Source: an archaeon (GTDB lineage: Archaea > Nanobdellota > Nanobdellia > Pacearchaeales > GW2011-AR1). From it: a DNA stretch of 64,000 bases. The position numbers and the translations under genes are program-made. Location of the stretch: positions 13,875-77,874 of the forward strand of contig JAZDPV010000012.1 of the NCBI GenBank assembly GCA_043797265.1, given 5' to 3'. Positions 43,900 to 52,234 of this stretch are shown here, piece by piece (position 1 is the stretch's first letter; each line of letters starts with the position of its first letter). The notes beneath the pieces are model-generated. The model worked only from the letters and a program-made list of their open reading frames with translations. It did no database searches and was not told the DNA's origin.

Positions 43900-45793
43900 C
43901 CACCTCCGCCTTGTCAGCATTCTGCTCAATAAACTCCCGACGCGGCGCAACCGCATCTCCCATCAACAAACTAAAAGTCTCATCCGCCTCGACCGCGTCC
44001 TCGACCGAAACCTGTTTCAACCGCCTCGTCTTCGGATTCATCGTCGTCGACCACAACTGCTCATCATTCATCTCGCCCAAACCCTTGAACCGGCTAACCT
44101 CGCCCTTCCCAATCTCAACCAACTTCTTCTTTAACTCATCCCCCGAATAAACATAATACTCCTTGCTCCCTTTCTTGATTTTGTAAAACGGCGCAACCGC
44201 AACAAAAATATGCCCGCCCTCAATCAACGCCGGCACATAACGATAAAACAAAGTAAGCAACAACGCCTTGATATGCTGCCCATCAACATCCGCATCCGTC
44301 ATAATTATAATCTTATTATATCTCAACTTCGAAATATCAAACGAATCACCGACGCCCGTCCCAATTGCCGTAATCAAATTCGAAATCTGCTCCGACCCCA
44401 GCGCCTTCACCGGATTCGACTTCTCAACATTCAAAACTTTTCCACGTAAAGGCAAAATCGCCTGCGTCTCCCTGTCTCGCCCGCCCTTCGCCGTCCCGCC
44501 AGCAGAATCCCCTTCGACAACATACAACTCCGTCGTCTCTCGCCTCTTGCTCGAACAATCCGCCAACTTCCCCGGCAAACCCGAACCAACACTCAACGCA
44601 TTCTTCCGACGAACCAACTCCTTCGCTTTCTTCGCCGCCTCCCTCGCCTTCAACGCCGAACTCGCCTTCGCCAAAATCACCTTCGCAACCGCCGGATTCT
44701 CCTCGAGAAAATCAGTCAACGCCGAACTCGCCATCGAATCAACAATCCCTTTAATCTCCCCATTCCCCAGCTTCGTCTTCGTCTGCCCCTCAAATTGCGG
44801 CTCCGACATCTTCAACGAAATCACAGCGGTAATCCCCTCGCGAACATCCTCGCCCGACAACTTCTGTCCATTCTTGAAAGCCCCCGTCTTCGCCCCATAA
44901 TCATTAATCGCCCTCGTCAACGCCGTCTTCAACCCCGCGACATGCGTCCCACCCTCAATTGTATTTATCGTGTTCACAAATCCCTGAATATTCTCATTAT
45001 AAGAATCCGAATATTGAATCGCAACCTCAACCACCGTCTTCCCCTCTTCTCTCTTGAAATAAATCGGCTTCGCGTGAATCGGCTTCCTCGTCTTGTTCAA
45101 CCAGCTAACAAACTCGACCAACCCGCCGCTATAACAAAAAGAACTAACCTTCTCTTCCTCTCTAAAATCACTAAACACAATTTTCAACCCCGCATTCAAA
45201 AAACAAGTTTCCCTAAACCTCGTCGCCAAAGTCTTGTAATCAAAATCAATCACGGAAAAAATCGCGCCATCAGGAATAAAACTAACCTTCGTCCCATGCT
45301 TCCCCGCGTCCGCCTTCCCGACAACCTCAACATCCCTCTTCGGCTTCCCAATCACATACTCCTGCGCATAAACCTTCCCGTCCTTCGTCACCTCAACCCT
45401 CATAAACTTCGACAAAGCCGAAACAACAGAAATACCGACGCCATGCAAACCGCCCGAAACAGCATACGCCTTGTTGTCAAACTTCCCGCCCGCGTGCAAC
45501 TTCGTGACAATAATTTCCATCGCCGACTTCTTGTAAATCGGATGCTCATCAACCGGCATCCCACGCCCGTCATCCTCAACAACAACCGACCCGTCCTTAT
45601 TCAACGTAACATTTATCGTCGTCGCAGCCCCAGCCATGTGCTCATCAACCGAATTATCGACAACCTCATAAACCAAATGATGCAAACCATACTTATCAGT
45701 AGAACCAATATACATTCCCGGTCTTTTCCGCACCGCCTCAAGTCCTTCCAAAACCGTAATATCTTTCGCAGAGTAATTATCGTCAGCCATCAT
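43892..45793 (-). CDS. gyrB: DNA gyrase subunit B
   Basis: GLEAVRKRPGMYIG and GLHGVG, the Toprim segment LYVVEGDSAGG, and the C-terminal PRREFI. Confidence 0.95.
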   Translation of the reverse strand: MMADDNYSAKDITVLEGLEAVRKRPGMYIGSTDKYGLHHLVYEVVDNSVDEHMAGAATTINVTLNKDGSVVVEDDGRGMPVDEHPIYKKSAMEIIVTKLHAGGKFDNKAYAVSGGLHGVGISVVSALSKFMRVEVTKDGKVYAQEYVIGKPKRDVEVVGKADAGKHGTKVSFIPDGAIFSVIDFDYKTLATRFRETCFLNAGLKIVFSDFREEEKVSSFCYSGGLVEFVSWLNKTRKPIHAKPIYFKREEGKTVVEVAIQYSDSYNENIQGFVNTINTIEGGTHVAGLKTALTRAINDYGAKTGAFKNGQKLSGEDVREGITAVISLKMSEPQFEGQTKTKLGNGEIKGIVDSMASSALTDFLEENPAVAKVILAKASSALKAREAAKKAKELVRRKNALSVGSGLPGKLADCSSKRRETTELYVVEGDSAGGTAKGGRDRETQAILPLRGKVLNVEKSNPVKALGSEQISNLITAIGTGVGDSFDISKLRYNKIIIMTDADVDGQHIKALLLTLFYRYVPALIEGGHIFVAVAPFYKIKKGSKEYYVYSGDELKKKLVEIGKGEVSRFKGLGEMNDEQLWSTTMNPKTRRLKQVSVEDAVEADETFSLLMGDAVAPRREFIEQNADKAEVDL

Positions 45794-45923
45794 CCCTCAC
45801 ACACTAAAAAATCAAACTCACTTTAAAAATCTTTGTAAGATTTTTTCGAGAATCATCTTTAATGATACTCTATAAACATTTGCCCGCCAAAAATCAATTT
45901 TACCGACGACAAATCAAAATTCA

Positions 45924-46094
45924 TTAATTCTTCTTCCCCTTCTTAACCCACTTAACTTTCTTGCTCAACCGCCCCATCGCAAAATTTTTCCGGCACTTCG
46001 ACCCGCAAAAATACTTCACGCTCCCATCTTTCTGCACAACCGTCACGCCCCGCGGAAACTCATACCCTCTCTTGCAAAAACTACAAACTGGCAT
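45924..46094 (-). CDS. rpl24e: 50S ribosomal protein L24e (56 aa)
   Basis: Hand translation gives MPVCSFCKRGYEFPRGVTVVQKDGSVKYFCGSKCRKNFAMGRLSKKVKWVKKGKKN. It is below the ORF-track cutoff. Confidence 0.85.
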   Translation of the reverse strand: MPVCSFCKRGYEFPRGVTVVQKDGSVKYFCGSKCRKNFAMGRLSKKVKWVKKGKKN

Positions 46095-46353
46095 TTATCC
46101 TCCTTCTGACTGATAAAAAATAATTATAATCTATATTCCCCCCCTCACCCGCGCAAGGTCTAGCAATAACCTCACTCGAATAAACTACTCCGTATCCTTC
46201 CCATAAAAAATTTTTAAAACCTATTGCTCTTCCAATATCTCCCCCAAAAGGAATTTCAACCAACTGAACCTCACTTCCTAACCTATCATCAACCATTTTA
46301 ATCAAAGCATCATTCAAGGAAGCACAAACCATCTCTTCAAAACTTTTTCCCAT
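46081..46353 (-). CDS. hypothetical protein inserted between rps28e and rpl24e
   Basis: GGGGGAGAG lies 5-12 nt upstream of the ATG. The 3' end overlaps the rpl24e start by 14 nt. No motif was recognised. Confidence 0.4.
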   Translation of the reverse strand: MGKSFEEMVCASLNDALIKMVDDRLGSEVQLVEIPFGGDIGRAIGFKNFLWEGYGVVYSSEVIARPCAGEGGNIDYNYFLSVRRRINASL

Positions 46354-46394
46354 TAATCTCTCCCCCTACAATTTACACAACCCGCCAAGTCACA

Positions 46395-46476
46395 CTTCCA
46401 GCGAAGCGGACTTCCAGCGAAGCGGACTTCCAACTTCCAGCGAAGCGGACTGATTAAAATGCTCCGCATTTTAATC
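46395..46476. repeat. 16-nt CTTCC-AGCGAAGCGGA units (three, plus one 7-nt partial) and a 10-bp hairpin containing the rps28e stop
   Basis: cttccagcgaagcgga x2, cttccaa, cttccagcgaagcgga, then gattaaaatg-ctccg-cattttaatc (46452-46476). Confidence 0.9.
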
Positions 46477-46785
46477 TCTTCCCCCAAATTTATTCTTCCC
46501 TATCCATCTCGCTTCAATCTCCGTCTCCCTCAACATCAAAATATCTCTCTTGTCAACCGGCCCCCGAACATTCCGCCTTATCGACTTCCCCCGATTTTTC
46601 CCCTGCAAAATCTTGCACTTCACCTGAGTAATCTCGCCACGCGTCCCGCCCCGCCCCAAAGTCGCCTCGACAATCGCCGGCACGACACCGCCCTCCGTCA
46701 ACTTCTCGGCGCCCTTCGACCCCGCGCTCTTCTTCTCTTGATTATCCTGCTTCTTATCCTGCTTCTTATTTTCCTTTTTAGCCAT
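46471..46785 (-). CDS. rps28e: 30S ribosomal protein S28e with K/Q/D-rich N-terminal extension
   Basis: PAIVEATLGRGGTRGEITQVKCKILQG...IRRNVRGPV. A 12-nt tandem repeat at about 46741-46775 encodes KKQDKKQD. Confidence 0.9.
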   Translation of the reverse strand: MAKKENKKQDKKQDNQEKKSAGSKGAEKLTEGGVVPAIVEATLGRGGTRGEITQVKCKILQGKNRGKSIRRNVRGPVDKRDILMLRETEIEARWIGKNKFGGRD

Positions 46786-46793
46786 CTTAAATC

Positions 46794-46828
46794 CTACCCC
46801 CTACCTCCTACTTACTACCTTCTATCTT
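46794..46828. repeat. CTA-type heptad array spanning the rpl7ae stop
   Basis: ctacccc ctacctc ctactta ctacctt ctatctt. The CTA at 46808 is the TAG stop of rpl7ae. Confidence 0.85.
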
Positions 46829-47107
46829 AGCTTCCCCAACCTCGATAACCGCAACCGCCGACGCCGGCCGATTAATCCCAACAGAAATCCCCAACTTCTC
46901 ACGCGAATCAACCTCGACAAACTTAATATTTTTCTCCTCACATAAAATACTCAAATGCTGCGTCAGCTCCTTCGGCTCAACATCCTTCGCGACAACAACC
47001 ATTTTCGCAACCCCCCGCTCGACCGCCTTCGTCACCTCATTCACGCCCTTATCAACTTTCCCGGTCTTCGCCGCCTTCTCAACCACATCATAAACACTAT
47101 TCGCCAT
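46808..47107 (-). CDS. rpl7ae: 50S ribosomal protein L7Ae
   Basis: KGVNEVTKAVERGVAKMVVVAKDVEP...LCEEKNIKFVEVDS. Confidence 0.9.
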   Translation of the reverse strand: MANSVYDVVEKAAKTGKVDKGVNEVTKAVERGVAKMVVVAKDVEPKELTQHLSILCEEKNIKFVEVDSREKLGISVGINRPASAVAVIEVGEAKIEGSK

Positions 47108-47122
47108 TTCAAATCCAAGAAT

Positions 47123-47145
47123 CCCTCAGGGAATCCTTCATCGGT
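47123..47145 (-). promoter_or_regulatory. candidate K-turn (box C/D-like) in the rpl7ae 5' leader
   Basis: The - strand reads CC-GAU-GA-AGG-AUUC-CCU-GA-GG, which gives a C stem, a 3-nt bulge, tandem G.A/A.G pairs and a 3-bp NC stem closed by a tetraloop. It lies 15 nt before the ATG. This is one of the few genes here with a leader (TATA at 47167-47175). Confidence 0.45.
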
Positions 47146-47314
47146 AAAAACATTCCGAAAATTCAGTTTATAAAACTATCGGCAAAAAAACCCTTCCATA
47201 ATTTTGATTAATGGCAGAGAATTTCGCAACATAAAAATTTTCGGCTTTCGCACATAAGAAAAATTTTACCCCAACACTCCGCAATTCGGGGTATGCCGAG
47301 CGGCGACCAAGAAA

Positions 47315-48406
47315 TTACCGCCAGGAATCACAAATTACTTCATCCGTCCTCTCCCTCGGCGAAATATCAACCTTATCCAAATCCCAATAAACTCCTGACG
47401 CCTGATTTCTGACGCCTGATTTCTGCGCCGCGCGCCACATCTTCAACCCCAAATACCCAATCATCCCCGCATTATCAACCAGCAAACTCCTCGGCGGCAC
47501 AAATAACTTGCAACCTCGCTCCTCGCACATAATCCTGCACATTTCCTGCAACCGCGAATTACAAGCAACCCCGCCGCCCAACAAAAGTTCTTTCTTTCCA
47601 GTATGCGCCAACGCCCTCTCCGCAACCTCAACCAGCATCGCAAACACAACCTCCTGCATCGAATACGCAATCTTAAATTTATCCTCGCCCCTCTCAATCA
47701 AATTCTTAATCTTCGTCTGCATCCCCGCAAACGCAACATCCATCCCCTTCACCGAATACGGCAACTCCAAAATCTCAACCCATTTTCTTTTAGATTCGTG
47801 TCCATCTGTGTTCATTCGTGAGCAATTATTTTCTTTCAATGTCCGTGAGATATACTCCTCCGCCATCTTCTCAATCTTAGGCCCAGCAGGAAATCCAAGT
47901 TTCATAAATCTCCCAACCGTATCAATAAAATTCCCAACTCCCAAATCCAACGTCTCACCAAAAACCCGATACTTCCCCGCCTCGTAAGCAATCACCTGAG
48001 TATTCGCTCCCGACGCATAAAGCATAACCGGATCCCTCGCCCCGACACTCTCCCCAATTTCCAAATGTGCAACACAATGATTAACACAAACAACCGGTAT
48101 ACCAAGCCGCCCCGCAATCTTCTTCACAAATTCCATCCCCTCCAAAAGACACGGGGCCAACCCCGGCGCATTCGAAAACGCAACAGCGTCGATATTTTCC
48201 TCAGAAATCCCTGCCTCATCCAAAGCCCGCTTATACAAACCATCGCCAACTTTCCTATGATGCTTCCGAACTTCCAAAGGAATCATCCCGCCTTCTTCAG
48301 TAAAATATGAATCCTTAACATTAGAAAGTATATTCCCTTCTATATCAACAACCGCCACACCAAACGTATGCGCCGTACTCTCAACCCCCAAAATAAACTT
48401 TCCCAT
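47315..48406 (-). CDS. kae1: tRNA N6-adenosine threonylcarbamoyltransferase Kae1
   Basis: ILGVESTAHTFGVAV, VNHCVAHLEIG and SGANTQV. It contains two repeat-encoded inserts. Confidence 0.92.
   Translation of the reverse strand: MGKFILGVESTAHTFGVAVVDIEGNILSNVKDSYFTEEGGMIPLEVRKHHRKVGDGLYKRALDEAGISEENIDAVAFSNAPGLAPCLLEGMEFVKKIAGRLGIPVVCVNHCVAHLEIGESVGARDPVMLYASGANTQVIAYEAGKYRVFGETLDLGVGNFIDTVGRFMKLGFPAGPKIEKMAEEYISRTLKENNCSRMNTDGHESKRKWVEILELPYSVKGMDVAFAGMQTKIKNLIERGEDKFKIAYSMQEVVFAMLVEVAERALAHTGKKELLLGGGVACNSRLQEMCRIMCEERGCKLFVPPRSLLVDNAGMIGYLGLKMWRAAQKSGVRNQASGVYWDLDKVDISPRERTDEVICDSWR
47395..47429. repeat. CTGA heptad/14-mer array inside kae1
   Basis: ctgacgc ctgattt ctgacgc ctgattt ctgcgcc, read as AAQKSGVRNQASGV. 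Confidence 0.85.
47796..47825. repeat. decamer array inside kae1
   Basis: tcgtgtccat ctgtgttcat tcgtgagcaa, read as CSRMNTDGHES. Confidence 0.8.
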
Positions 48407-48478
48407 CCCAATCCAATAAAAATCTATTTTAAAAAACTTTAGATAAAATTATAAATACCCTTTATGCCATTTTAAACC

Positions 48479-49522
48479 ATGGTGATAGAAAAAGAAAAAA
48501 CATTTTTGGATTTTATAAAATTAGTCTCACCCGGAACGCTTCTAAGAAATGTAATCGACGACCTAATCCGCTCAGACCTCGGCGGCACAATTGTATTCAA
48601 CAGCCCCGAACTCTATTCCCAAAATATCGCCGAGGGCGGCTTCCGAATCAACTGCCGATTCACACCGCAAAAACTTTTCGAACTCTGCAAAATGGACGCC
48701 GCCGTGATAATATCTCCCGACCTAAAAAGAATTCTCCAGGCAAACGTCACGCTGACCCCGGACTCGTCAATACACACAACCGAAACCGGCACGCGACACA
48801 AATCAGCCGAACGAACCGCGAAACAAGCCCACACATTCATCATCGCAATTTCCGAACGACGAAAAAAAACAACCCTCTATTACGACACCTCTCGATACTA
48901 TCTCAAATCAATAGACGAACTAATCAGAAATATCAGCTCAACTCTTCAGCTCCTCGAAAAACAAAGAGAAATCTTAAACGAAAACACAGCGAACCTCAAC
49001 ATCCTCGAAATGTCCGAAATCGTCTCCATCAGCGACGTCTGCCAAGTCATCCAAAGAACCGAAATGATTCAAAAAATATCAAACTCAATCAAGCGAAATT
49101 TCACCGAACTCGGAAAAGAAGGCAACATCATGCACATGCGATACCGCGAACTTCTAAAAGACGTCGAAAAAACCGAAAACGATATTCTCCGAGACTACTC
49201 AACCCTCCCGCTACGACGCTCCAAAACTCTCCTCTCAAACCTGACCTTCGACGGACTCCAAGACCTCGACTCAATCGCAAGACTAATCATAGACAAACCC
49301 CTTGAAAAAATCATCGCCCCAAAAGGTTTCAGGTTCCTGTCACACCTCACCCTCTCAGAAAAAGAAATCTCTCAAATAATAAAACAACATCACGACATAG
49401 ACAAAATAATAAAAACAGAACCGACCGACCTTGAACCAATACTAAAAAATCGCGCCGACACAATCCATAAAGAAATCAGAAACCTCCGCGAACAAGTCCT
49501 GAACGGAAAAACAATTTGCTAA
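48479..49522 (+). CDS. DisA-like protein (diadenylate-cyclase-type DAC domain plus linker/HhH-like region)
   Basis: LCKMDAAVIIS (DGA replaced by DAA) and ETGTRHKSAERTAKQ (RHR replaced by RHK). The overall length and layout match DisA. Confidence 0.65.
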   Translation: MVIEKEKTFLDFIKLVSPGTLLRNVIDDLIRSDLGGTIVFNSPELYSQNIAEGGFRINCRFTPQKLFELCKMDAAVIISPDLKRILQANVTLTPDSSIHTTETGTRHKSAERTAKQAHTFIIAISERRKKTTLYYDTSRYYLKSIDELIRNISSTLQLLEKQREILNENTANLNILEMSEIVSISDVCQVIQRTEMIQKISNSIKRNFTELGKEGNIMHMRYRELLKDVEKTENDILRDYSTLPLRRSKTLLSNLTFDGLQDLDSIARLIIDKPLEKIIAPKGFRFLSHLTLSEKEISQIIKQHHDIDKIIKTEPTDLEPILKNRADTIHKEIRNLREQVLNGKTIC

Positions 49523-50556
49523 TGCTAACCAAAACTCAACTCAACGAAATCAGAAACCATTTAGAAACCTCACAAAACCCCCTCTTCTTTTTCGACAACG
49601 ACGCCGACGGACTCTGCGCATTCCTAATTCTCAGACGAGCAATCAACCGCGGCAAAGGCGTCGCAATAAAATCATTCCCCGACCTGAAAAAACAATACCT
49701 GAAAAAAGTCGACGAACTCAACCCCGACGCGATATTCATCCTCGACAAAGCCGAACTAAGCAAAGAATTCGCCGAAACAATAGAACAAAAAAACATCCCG
49801 CTAATCTGGATTGACCATCACGAAACAAAAACCCCGGAAGAAATCATCAAAAAAACTTTCTACTACAACTCGCTCCCGTCCGCCGAACCAACTACCTACA
49901 TCGCACAAAAAATTTTCAACCGCCAAGAAGACCTCTGGCTCGCAGTCATCGGATGCATCAGCGACGCGTATATGCCAGACTTCGCAAACCAATTCGCAAA
50001 ACAAAACCCAGAATTATTAAACCCAAACATCGAACCCCTCGACGCGCTCCACTCAACAGAAATCGGAAAAATAATCCGCCTGCTAAATTTCGGGCTCATG
50101 GACACGACGACAAATGTCCTCACAATGATAAAATATCTTTCCAAAGCAAACAACGCCCAAGACATCCTCGAAGAAAACCACAGCACAAAACAACTCCACA
50201 AAAGATACTCCCAGCTCAACGGATTCCTAAACAAACAAGTCGAAAAAGCCGAATCAAACTTCGACCCAAAATCAAAAGCCCTTTTCTTCTCTTACGCCGG
50301 CAACACATCAATGTCATCTGAAATCGCAAACAAACTTTACTACAACCATAAAGACAAAATAATCGTCGTCGCATTCAAGCGCCCAGAAAAAATCAACATC
50401 TCAATCCGCGGAGACAACGCACTCAAAATAACAAAACAAGCAATCGCAAACATCGAAGACGCAACCGGCGGCGGACACGAAAAAGCAACCGGCGCAATGA
50501 TTCCCGTCGACAAATTCGAGCAATTCAAAAAAAATATCAAGCAATTCACAACTTAG
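49522..50556 (+). CDS. DHH/DHHA1-family phosphoesterase (NrnA/RecJ-like)
   Basis: FFFDNDADGLCA, IWIDHHE and GGGHEKATGA. There is a TAATG overlap with the DisA-like gene. Confidence 0.75.
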   Translation: MLTKTQLNEIRNHLETSQNPLFFFDNDADGLCAFLILRRAINRGKGVAIKSFPDLKKQYLKKVDELNPDAIFILDKAELSKEFAETIEQKNIPLIWIDHHETKTPEEIIKKTFYYNSLPSAEPTTYIAQKIFNRQEDLWLAVIGCISDAYMPDFANQFAKQNPELLNPNIEPLDALHSTEIGKIIRLLNFGLMDTTTNVLTMIKYLSKANNAQDILEENHSTKQLHKRYSQLNGFLNKQVEKAESNFDPKSKALFFSYAGNTSMSSEIANKLYYNHKDKIIVVAFKRPEKINISIRGDNALKITKQAIANIEDATGGGHEKATGAMIPVDKFEQFKKNIKQFTT

Positions 50557-50643
50557 AAACACTTAAAAACTAACAAAAATCAATAACACTATGACTAACA
50601 CATTAGCAATCCCAATCAACTAAACTAGTCGCAACACTTTCTC

Positions 50644-51618
50644 ATGAGTTCCAAAAACAAAGAACAAATTGCAAAAGAAAATATCCTCCGCGAAAGCGAA
50701 GAAGCCGAAGGTATACCAATCAAAGGATACGATTTCGACAACGGCATAAACTACGAAAAACTAATCGACTCCTACGCAACAACCGGCGCACAGGCATCAA
50801 ACCTCGCGCAAGCAATAAAAATAATAAAAAAAATGCGCGAACAAAAAGCATTCATCTACCTCGGCTACACATCCAACATGGTTACCTCCGGACTAAGAGA
50901 TATCTTCAGATTCCTCGCAAAACACAAACTCGTCGACGTAATCGTGACAACCGCCGGCGGAATCGAAGAAGACATAATAAAATGCCTCGGCGATTTCAAG
51001 CTCGGCGATTTCAGATTAAAGGGCGCAACCCTCCGCGAAAAAGGAATCAACCGCGCTGGCAACATCCTAATTCCAAATTCAAGATACTGTAGATTCGAGG
51101 ACTTCATAATTCCAATTCTCGAAAAACACAAAAACGAAACAATTCCCGCATCAAAACTAATCAACCTATTAGGCGAAAAAATAAACAACGAAAAATCCAT
51201 CTACTATTGGACACAAAAAAACAAAATTCCGGTATACTGCCCGGCAATAACCGACGGAAGCTTGGGCGACATGGTATACTTCTTCAAAAGTAAAAATCCA
51301 AATTTCAAAATCGATGTATCCGACGACATAGTCGAACTAAACAACTCAACAATCGGAAAAGAAAAAATCGGCGTCATAATTCTCGGAGCAGGAATAATAA
51401 AACATCACATCCTAAACGCAAACATGTTCCGAAACGGCGCCGATTTCGCGGTCTACATAAACAGCGCACAGGAACACGACGCTTCCGACGCTGGTGCACT
51501 TCCGGAAGAAGCAATTTCGTGGGGCAAACTTACCAAGGAATGTGAATCTGTAAAAGTTTACGGCGACGCAACAATTTTATTCCCTCTAATCGTCGCAAAA
51601 TGTTTTGCCAAGAATTAG
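50644..51618 (+). CDS. dys: deoxyhypusine synthase
   Basis: LGYTSNMVTSGLRDIFRFL...VDVIVTTAGGIEEDIIKC. Confidence 0.9.
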   Translation: MSSKNKEQIAKENILRESEEAEGIPIKGYDFDNGINYEKLIDSYATTGAQASNLAQAIKIIKKMREQKAFIYLGYTSNMVTSGLRDIFRFLAKHKLVDVIVTTAGGIEEDIIKCLGDFKLGDFRLKGATLREKGINRAGNILIPNSRYCRFEDFIIPILEKHKNETIPASKLINLLGEKINNEKSIYYWTQKNKIPVYCPAITDGSLGDMVYFFKSKNPNFKIDVSDDIVELNNSTIGKEKIGVIILGAGIIKHHILNANMFRNGADFAVYINSAQEHDASDAGALPEEAISWGKLTKECESVKVYGDATILFPLIVAKCFAKN

Positions 51619-51628
51619 ATCTTTAAAA

Positions 51629-51856
51629 TTATTCTAATTTCTTAGAACGCATATGCCTTGCAGCAAACCTCAAAATAGCATCTTCTCCTGTGCAGAAACT
51701 TAATTCAAGTATACAAGGAACATAAGAATCATAAACATCTTCAGCATGAGAAACCCTATAAGAAATACCAGCCTTACTTAATGCCCGTTTCAATAAATCA
51801 GTTTTAACTAATCTAGTATTCGCAACTAACGTATAATCTTTTCGACCAAAACCCAT
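51629..51856 (-). CDS. hypothetical protein
   Basis: An ORF with TATA AAATTTTTAAAAGG about 25 nt upstream on the - strand. Confidence 0.4.
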   Translation of the reverse strand: MGFGRKDYTLVANTRLVKTDLLKRALSKAGISYRVSHAEDVYDSYVPCILELSFCTGEDAILRFAARHMRSKKLE

Positions 51857-51907
51857 ACCAACCCCAACACACTCCCCTTTTTAAAAATTTCTATACTAAA
51901 ACATATA

Positions 51908-52198
51908 TCACCACTTAATCGTCCTCGGTTCCCGTCGAATATATTGAAAATCTCCAACCAACTCGTAAACTTCCAACGACGTTTCAACCTGGTCATCAAA
52001 ATACCGAATCTGATACTCCCGCTCGTTCTCCGGATTATAAACTTCAATAATCATTTCATTAGTATCCCTATGCTTCATAAACAAATAATGTTTATCGACG
52101 ACCATCGCCTTCCCATTAATCCAAACCTTATCTCCCTCCTTCAACTTCCCAATCGCCTTCGACTGCCCCTCAATCTTCAACACAACCTCATCATCCAT
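51908..52198 (-). CDS. hypothetical protein
   Basis: The start is taken at MDDEVV, 27 nt after TATA TTTTATAAATT. Confidence 0.4.
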   Translation of the reverse strand: MDDEVVLKIEGQSKAIGKLKEGDKVWINGKAMVVDKHYLFMKHRDTNEMIIEVYNPENEREYQIRYFDDQVETSLEVYELVGDFQYIRREPRTIKW

Positions 52199-52234
52199 AA
52201 TCAAAAAACATTTTAACAATTTATAAAATTATCC

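Noticed and set aside
50591-50623. A ten-codon upstream ORF (MTNTLAIPIN) in the unusually long region between the TATA-like site at 50563 and the deoxyhypusine synthase start.
   Set aside because: It is too short to evaluate without transcript or conservation data, and a second weaker TATA closer to the gene cannot be excluded.
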